Shown in pieces: positions 37,540 through 45,397 of a stretch of DNA of 64,000 nt; the first letter of the stretch is position 1, and each line of letters starts with the position of its first letter. The stretch comes from an uncultured Kofleriaceae bacterium (GTDB taxonomy: Bacteria > Myxococcota_A > Polyangia > Haliangiales > Haliangiaceae), in the NCBI GenBank assembly GCA_964419605.1, contig CAYQQM010000001.1, positions 51,620 to 115,619 on the forward strand. Reading direction: 5' to 3'. Under the pieces are notes generated by a model that was not told the DNA's origin, ran no database searches, and worked only from the letters and a program-made list of their open reading frames with translations. Made by a program: the position numbers and the translations under genes.

Positions 37540-39528
37540 TCATTCCGTTGCGCGCCGCACAATCGCCCGCAGGCGGCGGAAATAGTGGTGAGCTGCAGCC
37601 TGACCGAGGCCCCGGCTCACTGAAATCCACTCGCGCAATGCGGTTGCAGGTTCGAACGCCGCACCAGCCCGTGTTCGCGCCGCATCGTCTGGAGTAACCG
37701 CCACGCCGTTCGCACGCGCCGAGTCGGGAAGCGCGACGGCCGCGCCGCCAGTCGTACGCGCCGCATCCTTTTGAGCCGGTGACGTGGCGGTGTCATTGGG
37801 CGCGGTGCTTCGCGGCACATCCGATAACCATCGAGTAACAGACGCGACCGCGATCCACTCCGCTGGCATGCGGGTACGCTCGATCTCCGCCCGGATATCC
37901 TTCAGTGCGAAGGGTGTATTGGCGGCCGAATCCCGCAGTTTACCGGCTCGGGCTTGGCTCAGCACACGGGCGAGCGTGAGGCACGCCACGGTCTCGGCGC
38001 GATCGAGCCATAACCAGCGCGCGTTCGGCATGCTTTCAAACGCGGAGCGACGCTCCTGCACTGCCGTCCACGTGCGCGGCAGCTCGAAGCGCTGCTCGCG
38101 GATGATCACGACCTTGCTCGTGCGCGCCAGGTCGACCGCTCGCGCGAGCACCGAAGCGACGGAAGCATGATGAAGCGACGTTAGATAAACCGCCTCCAGT
38201 TCGTGCCCCGGCGCCTTAACCGTGGTGATCAACCGATCGCGCTCCGTGCGCGTCGACACGTCGAGCCTATGCACGAACGACAGCGCACTCGCGATCCCTT
38301 CGGCCAGCTCGGCGGCATCGAACGGAGTGCCGGCGCGCTCTTTGTCGCTGAACTCCCGTTCGACCTTAGCGGTCTCTCCATCCCACCCGTCCGGGTCTTC
38401 GATCCATCTCCGCACTCCCTTGTCGGGAGCGCTACGCACCTCGGTGGAGCTGGGGCTCTCGAGCCGACCTGCCGCTGCGGGTACAAGCACTGCGTTGCCC
38501 TCGAAACCGCGAAGTAATGCGGCGAGTAGGAGACGCGGCGTCATTCCGGGCTCCGCGATCAGGGCTTTGACATCGGCCTTTGCGAGCGGACTCGGGAACC
38601 GCTGGTTTCGACCGTCGCCGTTTGCGCGCGCGATCCTCTCATGCCACGCGCGCAGCAATAGCTCCCGTTCGCTGGGATTGGGCGCGTCGAGCAGCAGCGT
38701 CTCATGCGCCACGCGCGACTTTTGCGGCAGACTCAACCGCGGGGCGATGAATTGCATCCACTCACTGGTGAGGGCCAGCTGCACAATCGTTAGAGCTGGC
38801 AATGTATCGACCATTTCGCTGACGAGATTGCCGTAGCTCAGAACGCGCGCGTCGTTATCTCCTGCTAGATTTTCGAGCTGGTCGAATGTGAGAACCAGAG
38901 GCGCCACCGGCGCAGCCATCACCGCCAGTAGGCGCAGGACGTGAAGGACGTCGCGCTCCGACAGCGGCACGCCTGTATCCCCCGAGCGCGGCTCTCGCCC
39001 TGAGAGCCAGGCGAGCTCTTTCCACCGCGCAGCCGAGTCCAGAATGCCAAGGCCCAAGATCGCACTCGCCAAATGCGACGCCGGCGCCGCTTCGGGGACC
39101 ATGGCGAGAAGCCTGGCAGTGGCGCGTTCGACCACCGCGGCGTCTCTCGGGGTGTTCTCCAGCCAGTGTGCGGCAAACAGGTCGAGATGGGTAGCGCTTC
39201 CACCGTCGACCGGAAGGCACAGTTGATCGACGACACCGGCGAGGACATCCCGCAGCGACAATCCAACCCCGAAATAGGGTCGGAGCAAAATCAACGTGGC
39301 GCGGGAGGACGCGCGGTGTCGCATGCGGGCGAATAGATGGGTTTTGCCGCCGCCGGCTGGGCCGAGTACGGCGACCGCTTTCGATGGCGCCAACGTGCCG
39401 CGGCCAGCGAGCTGCCTGACTTCGTCGAGGCGCTCGAGGATTGGAGTGGAGATATGCGAATTTAGCGCCTCGACGTCGAGAAATTCTTCTGCAAATGGCG
39501 CTGTATGCAGGCCGATCGGAGTTCGCAT
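37540..39528 (-). CDS. Large P-loop NTPase (AAA/ORC/STAND-like), family not recognised
   Basis: 662 aa. Walker A AVLGPAGGGKTHLFARM and Walker-B-like PLVLTFDQLENL. The remainder is Ala/Leu/Arg-rich and helical. Confidence 0.7.
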   Translation of the reverse strand: MRTPIGLHTAPFAEEFLDVEALNSHISTPILERLDEVRQLAGRGTLAPSKAVAVLGPAGGGKTHLFARMRHRASSRATLILLRPYFGVGLSLRDVLAGVVDQLCLPVDGGSATHLDLFAAHWLENTPRDAAVVERATARLLAMVPEAAPASHLASAILGLGILDSAARWKELAWLSGREPRSGDTGVPLSERDVLHVLRLLAVMAAPVAPLVLTFDQLENLAGDNDARVLSYGNLVSEMVDTLPALTIVQLALTSEWMQFIAPRLSLPQKSRVAHETLLLDAPNPSERELLLRAWHERIARANGDGRNQRFPSPLAKADVKALIAEPGMTPRLLLAALLRGFEGNAVLVPAAAGRLESPSSTEVRSAPDKGVRRWIEDPDGWDGETAKVEREFSDKERAGTPFDAAELAEGIASALSFVHRLDVSTRTERDRLITTVKAPGHELEAVYLTSLHHASVASVLARAVDLARTSKVVIIREQRFELPRTWTAVQERRSAFESMPNARWLWLDRAETVACLTLARVLSQARAGKLRDSAANTPFALKDIRAEIERTRMPAEWIAVASVTRWLSDVPRSTAPNDTATSPAQKDAARTTGGAAVALPDSARANGVAVTPDDAARTRAGAAFEPATALREWISVSRGLGQAAAHHYFRRLRAIVRRATE

Positions 39529-39529
39529 A

Positions 39530-40372
39530 TCAGTTCATTCCTTTCGATCCGCGACCAACAATCCACGACAGGCGCGTTCCCATGGGGCCCACTGGGCACC
39601 ACTCCGCATCTTCGCCCGACAAGCGCCCCATGCCGCTTTCAGGTTCTAGAGCAATCGCGCCCCGCGCCGCCGCGGCAAGAAGCGCGCGCTTGCCGGCTTC
39701 TGCGCTCGCCCCCACGGAACGGAGCAGGTCTGGAACGTGGATCGGGTGGTGATCTGCGCGAAGCCGCCGTCGGATTTCTCGGTCGATTACTTCATCGATT
39801 ACTTCGGCCCGTTCGGCCCGTTCGGCCCGTTCCGGGCTCGTCAGCGTAGCCGTGTGATCTTCGATGGAACTCGTCCAACGCGCCAGCTGCGCGGCGATGT
39901 CTTCACAAAGCACGCCACAGCCTCCCCCCTTGCCGCGGGCGCGGCGAACCAGGCGCTGTGCCTGGGTCAGGCGACGCAAAAGCTCGTCGAGGTCGCGAGC
40001 AATGCGACCCTCGCTCGACGAGCGGACAAACCCGATTCCCCCCTCGCGCATGACGACAACGAGCTCGCGGCGAGCGACGAGACGCTGCACCGCTTCCTTT
40101 ACCTCTCGGGCGGTTGCCCCCGAAATCCGCTTCTCGATCGCCTTGCTCGGAACAAATCCCTGGTCGGCGAGCCGAAGCAGTTGCTCCTCGAGAGGCCGCC
40201 GAATGGTCGATCCCACTTCGTAACCACGCGCCGTTAGCCCTGGCATCAGCGCCGACAGATGGCGTCGAAGCGATGTCCATTCGCGACGTGGAACCGACCC
40301 GCTCTGTTGCACCAGCTGATCGACGCGAAGCAACAAGGCGTCGACATCCACTGGCGTTTTCGCGCGAGCCAT
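39530..40372 (-). CDS. Hypothetical 280-aa protein coupled to the P-loop NTPase (possible winged-helix segments)
   Basis: Its stop TGA (39530-39532) is separated by 1 nt from the NTPase ATG (39526-39528). It contains in-frame tandem repeats (ERAERAERAE, VIDEVIDREI). Confidence 0.6.
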   Translation of the reverse strand: MARAKTPVDVDALLLRVDQLVQQSGSVPRREWTSLRRHLSALMPGLTARGYEVGSTIRRPLEEQLLRLADQGFVPSKAIEKRISGATAREVKEAVQRLVARRELVVVMREGGIGFVRSSSEGRIARDLDELLRRLTQAQRLVRRARGKGGGCGVLCEDIAAQLARWTSSIEDHTATLTSPERAERAERAEVIDEVIDREIRRRLRADHHPIHVPDLLRSVGASAEAGKRALLAAAARGAIALEPESGMGRLSGEDAEWCPVGPMGTRLSWIVGRGSKGMN

Positions 40373-40532
40373 GCGCGCGACTATAGCTCATGCCAAGCGA
40401 GCCGCGGTTCGGTCGCTCTGCGCGCGCGAACGGCCTGATCCAGGCTGCCGTTCGAGGGCCCTTACGGAAGACAGTCGATACTGAACGCATTGCCAGCTCC
40501 ACCCGCGAAGCCCGTGCTATATTGGTTTTGTC

Positions 40533-41105
40533 ATGGTCGTCGCCACTCCGCGCCATCGCTATACCTACGCGGAATATTTGGCGTTGGAAGCCGAGAGCCC
40601 GACAAGGCACGAGTACTTCGACGGCGAAATTTACGCCATGGCGGGCGGCACTCCTGATCACGCGGCAATCGCAGCTACCCTGCTCCGACTGCTCGGGAAC
40701 ATCCTTCCGCCAACGTGTCAAGCGTTCACTTCCGACCTGCGCGTGCGCATCGAGTCCACCGGGCTGACCACGTACCCGGACGCGGCCGTGGTCTGCGGAA
40801 AGAGCAATCGCGCCGAATTGGATAGCCTTGCGGTGACAAATCCGGTTCTTCTCGCCGAGGTCACGAGTCCATCCACCGAGAGCTACGATCGCAACGAAAA
40901 GCTGCAGCACTATCAAACCATCGCAACACTTCGCGAAGTGCTCATCGTCGCGCACGACCGACCTCACGTGACGCATTGGGTGCGGACGGGAACCGGAGGA
41001 TGGGAGACGCGTGAATACACCAGCGGAGAATCGGTCTCTCTGCGCTGCGTTCCAGGCCATCTCTCGATCGATGACCTCTACCGACGCCCGCTTGAAGACG
41101 GGTAG
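40533..41105 (+). CDS. Uma2-family (DUF820) restriction-endonuclease-like protein
   Basis: 190 aa. YTYAEYLALEAESPTRHEYFDGEIYAMAGGTPDHA...TYPDAAVVCG...NPVLLAEVTSPSTESYDRNEKLQHYQ is the canonical Uma2 pattern. Confidence 0.85.
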   Translation: MVVATPRHRYTYAEYLALEAESPTRHEYFDGEIYAMAGGTPDHAAIAATLLRLLGNILPPTCQAFTSDLRVRIESTGLTTYPDAAVVCGKSNRAELDSLAVTNPVLLAEVTSPSTESYDRNEKLQHYQTIATLREVLIVAHDRPHVTHWVRTGTGGWETREYTSGESVSLRCVPGHLSIDDLYRRPLEDG

Positions 41106-41666
41106 TTATGCGAGATCCACCAGTGGATCGCCTCGCTCAACCGACTTCCCGACTGCCGTGTGGATAGCGGTTACCGTACCACCGCGCTCGCACATGAGCT
41201 CATTTTCCATTTTCATTGCCTCAATTGCGATGACGGGCGCGTGCGCGGGCACGGAATCGCCGATGGCAACCAGTACCTTGACGATCTTCCCTGCAATAGG
41301 CGCGCGCAATCGTTCGGCGCCAAGGGTTGGAGTGCTTTGTGCTCCGGGTTGATCCGCGGGTCTGCGTCGTAGCGCGTCTTCGACCGCGATCGATACTTCG
41401 GCTGAGCCTATCGTTGCGATCACCGAGGCAGGCGAGGCAGGCGAGGCAGGCGACGCCGGGACACCGCCGCGCCGCTCTACGTCGATGAGTATGCTCCGCT
41501 GATCGATCAGGATCGACCAGGTTCCGGGTCGAACTTCGTTCGCATCGACCTCGTAAACGCGATCGTCGATCGAAATCCGAACGCGCCCATTGGGCAAAGG
41601 TCCTTCGACCACAACGGCACGTTCCCTACCATCGTGGCCTGGCGTCACGACCAGCTGGCGCTTCAT
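41106..41666 (-). CDS. Biotinyl/lipoyl-attachment-domain protein (BCCP-like C-terminus)
   Basis: C-terminus APIAGKIVKVLVAIGDSVPAHAPVIAIEAMKMENELMCERGGTV (AMKM biotinylation motif). It also has a PAS x4 linker. Confidence 0.8.
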   Translation of the reverse strand: MKRQLVVTPGHDGRERAVVVEGPLPNGRVRISIDDRVYEVDANEVRPGTWSILIDQRSILIDVERRGGVPASPASPASPASVIATIGSAEVSIAVEDALRRRPADQPGAQSTPTLGAERLRAPIAGKIVKVLVAIGDSVPAHAPVIAIEAMKMENELMCERGGTVTAIHTAVGKSVERGDPLVDLA

Positions 41667-42244
41667 GGAACCTGCTCCACGACCCGGAACCCGCTGCCAA
41701 TCGGCTCGAATACTCCGCGGTCAGTAATAACCAGCGAAACCACTCCGGCGGCGGTCAACGGATAGGTGCAGCGCGGAACCAGTTTGTCTTCCCCGGTCTT
41801 GGTCACATGCTGCATCATGACAATTAGCCGGCGACACCCGCTGGCGAGGTCCATCGCGCCCCCAATGCCAATGGTCTTGCCGCCTGGAATCGCCCAGTTT
41901 GCGAGGTCGCCGCTCGCTGAGACTTGCATCGCTCCCATGATCGCCAGATCGATGTGTCCGCCTCGGATCATCGCAAACGACGCCGCAGAGTCAAAGGTCG
42001 ATCCGCCTGGGAGAACCGTTACTGTTTGTTTGCCAGCGTTGATCAGCCTGGGGTCTTCATCGCCATCGAATGGAAATGGCCCCATTCCAAGCAAGCCATT
42101 CTCCGAATGCAGCCACGCGTGACCGTCGGGCAGGTGATCAGCGACCAGGGTCGGCAATCCGATGCCGAGATTGACGATGGATCCTGCGGGAATCTCCTTC
42201 GCCGCGCGGCGAGCCATGTCGGCGGTCGACCATGCTCGAGTCAT
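41663..42244 (-). CDS. 3-oxoacid CoA-transferase subunit B
   Basis: IVNLGIGLPT...LHSENGLLGMGP (catalytic SENG)...GAMQVS..GDLANW. Confidence 0.9.
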   Translation of the reverse strand: MTRAWSTADMARRAAKEIPAGSIVNLGIGLPTLVADHLPDGHAWLHSENGLLGMGPFPFDGDEDPRLINAGKQTVTVLPGGSTFDSAASFAMIRGGHIDLAIMGAMQVSASGDLANWAIPGGKTIGIGGAMDLASGCRRLIVMMQHVTKTGEDKLVPRCTYPLTAAGVVSLVITDRGVFEPIGSGFRVVEQVP

Positions 42245-42990
42245 TGCGCGTCCTCGCCGTGGGGAGTTCCAGTCGCACCCGGGCGCTGCCTCACGGTCTT
42301 GTATTCAAAGGCGTCTTCGTGCTCAGGGACATGGACAATCTTATGTACGTAGATGCCCGGCAGGTGGACGTCGTCCGGCGCAATGTCGCCGTTTTCGACC
42401 AGCACATCGCATTCCACGATGGACAGCTTGGCCGCAGTTGCGGCGACTGGATTAAAATTTCGCGCCGTGCGCCAAAATCGCAGGTTGCCGAATCGGTCGC
42501 TCGTGTGAGCTCGTACCAGAGCCACATCGCCGGGTAGTGCACGCTCCAATAGGTAACGCCGTCCGTCGATTTCGCGTACCTCCTTGCCCTGCTCCACGAC
42601 CGTGCCCACGCCAGTCGCTGTAAAAAACGCCGGAATGCCAGCTCCTGCTGCCCGCATGCGTTCGGCAAGGGTTCCCTGCGGAACGACTTCCACCTCGACC
42701 TCCCCGGAGGCCATGCGCGCGTGCAGATCATCGTTGTTGCCGATGTAGCTGCAGATAACTTTCTTCACGATTCCGGCTTTCAACCACGCAGCTAGGCCTT
42801 TTCCAAGATTCCCCGCGTTGTTGGAAACCAACGTCAAATCGCGAACGCCGCGATCGACCACGCCGCGTATCAACGCTTCTGGATTTCCCGAAAGCCCAAA
42901 GCCTCCCACCAAAATCGTCATACCGTCGCGCAGCGACATCAACGCATCGGCAACCGATGCTTCCACTTTGGATGCGTGTCTGCCGATCAT
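42241..42990 (-). CDS. 3-oxoacid CoA-transferase subunit A
   Basis: DGMTILVGGFGLSGNPEALI...VSNNAG...VEVVPQGTLAERMRAAGAGIPAFFT. Confidence 0.9.
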   Translation of the reverse strand: MIGRHASKVEASVADALMSLRDGMTILVGGFGLSGNPEALIRGVVDRGVRDLTLVSNNAGNLGKGLAAWLKAGIVKKVICSYIGNNDDLHARMASGEVEVEVVPQGTLAERMRAAGAGIPAFFTATGVGTVVEQGKEVREIDGRRYLLERALPGDVALVRAHTSDRFGNLRFWRTARNFNPVAATAAKLSIVECDVLVENGDIAPDDVHLPGIYVHKIVHVPEHEDAFEYKTVRQRPGATGTPHGEDAQ

Positions 42991-44273
42991 GACCCAAATG
43001 CAATGCTAACTGCTTCGCCAAACGAACGCACGCCCAGGAGCAAATCCTGTTCGGTGATGCACAGCGGCGGCGCGATGATGCAGGTACGCCGGGTCGCATC
43101 GACGTGCAGCGACAATCGGCGGGTGGCTAGTTCGGCTCCGAGTTTGGCCCATGCCAAACGCGATTCCGGCTCAGGGGCAGACAGCTGGATCTCTAGAACC
43201 GCCAGCAACCCCAGGCCTCGGCTGAATACCTGGGCCGAAGTGCCGGACGACAGCCGAACTCGAATCGCCTCGAGCTCGCCGAGCAATATCGGACCGAGCC
43301 GCGCAGAGTTTGCAAACAACGCTTCGTCGTCATAGACCTTCAGCGTTTCGAGCGCGGCGGCACAGGCGGTTGGATGCGCGTAGTACGTGAGACCACATGC
43401 CAAGACGTGGTCGTCAAAATAGCGCGCAATTCGATCGTGAACGATAACAGCGCCGATGGAGGCGTATCCCGACGCAAGCCCCTTGGCCACCGTGATCATG
43501 TCGGGGACCGCCGACCAATGTTGAAACGCAAAGGCGGTGCCGGTCCGCCCGAATCCCGTGAGCACCTCGTCGGCCACCAGCAGCGCGCCATCTTCGTCGC
43601 ACGCGCGCCGTACCATTGGCCAGTATTCGGCCGGCGGCACGAGCACGCCATTGGCCCCGGGAACAGGTTCGAGAAATACGGCCGCCACCTGGCCTGGGCC
43701 TTCGCGACGCAGCAGCTCGCCGATGTGCGTTGCACACTCGCGCGCACAGCTCGCGACGCGCTGCCCAAACGGGCATCGATCGCAGTAGCAATCCTCGGCG
43801 CGAACAACGCCAGGGATTCCCGGCTCTACCGGGGCACGCCTCCAGTCTCCGGTGAGTGATACGGCCCCCATGGACGCACCGTGATAGCTGTGGCGCCGCG
43901 CGATGTTCTTGGTTCGCTTCGTGAATAGTCGCGCGATTTTTAGGGCATTTTCGTTGGCTTCCGCGCCGCCCAGCGTGAAGAACACCTTGGAAAACCCCGG
44001 CCCCGCCAGACGCAACAGCCGCTCAGCGAGCTCGGTCTTGGCGGGAAACACCGCGTTCGGCGCAGAAACACACAAGGTGTCGGCCTGGCGTTTGATCGCG
44101 TTAACGATGCGCGCGTTGCCATGTCCAACATTGACCTGATAGCTCAGCGATCCGAGGTCCAGCCACCGTCCTCCATCCGCGGTTGTGAACCATGCGCCCT
44201 GCCCGCCGGTCAGCTCCAGCGGTTTTGCGCCGCGCTGCGCGGTCCAGGTGAAGAAAAACGGGTAGTCGCTCAC
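42987..44273 (-). CDS. Class-III (omega-type) PLP aminotransferase
   Basis: GSLSYQVNVGHGN, FFTLGGAEANENALK, HGAS, LLVADEVLTGFGRTG, ITVAKGLASGY. Start set to the GTG at 44273, which overlaps the upstream stop (GTGA); the track ORF begins at 44363. Confidence 0.85.
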   Translation of the reverse strand: MSDYPFFFTWTAQRGAKPLELTGGQGAWFTTADGGRWLDLGSLSYQVNVGHGNARIVNAIKRQADTLCVSAPNAVFPAKTELAERLLRLAGPGFSKVFFTLGGAEANENALKIARLFTKRTKNIARRHSYHGASMGAVSLTGDWRRAPVEPGIPGVVRAEDCYCDRCPFGQRVASCARECATHIGELLRREGPGQVAAVFLEPVPGANGVLVPPAEYWPMVRRACDEDGALLVADEVLTGFGRTGTAFAFQHWSAVPDMITVAKGLASGYASIGAVIVHDRIARYFDDHVLACGLTYYAHPTACAAALETLKVYDDEALFANSARLGPILLGELEAIRVRLSSGTSAQVFSRGLGLLAVLEIQLSAPEPESRLAWAKLGAELATRRLSLHVDATRRTCIIAPPLCITEQDLLLGVRSFGEAVSIAFGS

Positions 44274-45397
44274 AGCTGCCAGCGCTCCGATGCGACGCGA
44301 TGTATCAGGCCCTGCTGCGCCCACACCGCGCCGGTATCGAGGTTCATCGCGATGGCACCGCACGTTGCAGCACCGTGTGGAGACTCGGGCGTCGACAGGT
44401 TCGTGCAGATGCTTTGCGGCGACCCATCGTCAGCGCCAAGTCGCTGCCACGCATCGTCGAGATCCGCGATCGGCGCCCGCTGCATGTCGGCCTGGAGCCA
44501 ACGCATGCGGTCGAACGTCGTGCTGGTTTCCGGAACCTTGCTCCGCGCTGCGATGTCCGAATCGAGGCAGTGATTCGTATGGCAATACCAAGCACCGCCG
44601 GCGAACACTTGTTTGCGCCGGGTACCGCTCGCCTCGATCGCAAATGCATTCGTCCGATCCGCGACCATGTAGTGGCGCCCCGAGCCGATCGGACTACGCG
44701 CAATCACATCGCGGGCAGCCGCGGCGGTTCGCTCGCGAAGTGCACGACGCACGATCCCCGGCCACACCACGCCCAACGTTGCGTCGGTGGAATGCAGGTT
44801 ATTGATCACCAGCCCGACGCGCGCTGCGTTCATGCCGGCCATTCCCAAACAGCCCGTCACAGTGAGCAAGCGAGCAGCTGGCCCGGTTGCCGATTCAGGA
44901 ACGGACAGCACCATGACGTACGGAATCGCCGTCGCATGCATGTCCCAGGTTTGCGCCAGGATTCGTCCAGTTGGCGACTCGGCCCATAACACGCTGCACC
45001 CGTCGCCGCCCAGCTCACCCAAAGCGTGGACACCGGCTGCAGCGGGCTGCAATCGCGCATCGTCGTGGGTAGGCGCTGGCTGCCATGTACTCAAATCGGG
45101 ATCGAGGTCGCGCAAATCGGTATAATGGTTGGCCACCACGACCGCCTCGGGCGATAGCTGCGCGCCCTCGGCAATTCCAAGTAGCTCGGCGTACACGTCG
45201 GAGTCGTAGCGCTCGAGCACCGGAAGGTGGGCTGCAGCGGCCGCAAGCACCTGAGCGCGCGATGAAAAGCTACTCACTTTGGTGCAGAGATACATTCGAA
45301 TCTCCGCCACGGCTGCCACTTCGGTTCGAAAGTGCTCGCCGTGGATGCGGCCCCACTCGCGCGCACTCACCCCCGTTGGGAGATCGAGAACTCTCAC
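44270..45397 (-). CDS. Peptidase C45 / acyl-CoA:6-aminopenicillanic-acid acyltransferase-family (Ntn hydrolase) protein
   Basis: 375 aa. It has a GGDGCSVLWAE candidate Gly-Cys autoprocessing site and overall C45-like features. GTG start overlaps the upstream stop (GTGA). Confidence 0.7.
   Translation of the reverse strand: MRVLDLPTGVSAREWGRIHGEHFRTEVAAVAEIRMYLCTKVSSFSSRAQVLAAAAAHLPVLERYDSDVYAELLGIAEGAQLSPEAVVVANHYTDLRDLDPDLSTWQPAPTHDDARLQPAAAGVHALGELGGDGCSVLWAESPTGRILAQTWDMHATAIPYVMVLSVPESATGPAARLLTVTGCLGMAGMNAARVGLVINNLHSTDATLGVVWPGIVRRALRERTAAAARDVIARSPIGSGRHYMVADRTNAFAIEASGTRRKQVFAGGAWYCHTNHCLDSDIAARSKVPETSTTFDRMRWLQADMQRAPIADLDDAWQRLGADDGSPQSICTNLSTPESPHGAATCGAIAMNLDTGAVWAQQGLIHRVASERWQL

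Noticed and set aside
37383-37562. N-terminal 60-codon extension of the precursor ORF (track ORF 37158..37562)
   Set aside because: The extension would overlap the 3' end of the NTPase gene. It translates to a non-protein-like sequence (MCGAQRNDETCQAQRLGAAKAGQSAARV...). The internal ATG at 37382 gives a compact leader-plus-core peptide. The start remains uncertain.
37649-37657. GGTTCGAAC, a tRNA T-loop-like string
   Set aside because: It lies inside the NTPase coding frame. No acceptor or anticodon stems can be drawn around it, and no tRNA was recognised anywhere in the window.
39903-41060. 385-aa minus-strand ORF spanning the 280-aa gene, the intergenic region and the Uma2 gene
   Set aside because: It is extremely Arg/Ser/Ala-rich with no motifs. 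It overlaps two better-supported genes, one on each strand, including the textbook Uma2 sequence.
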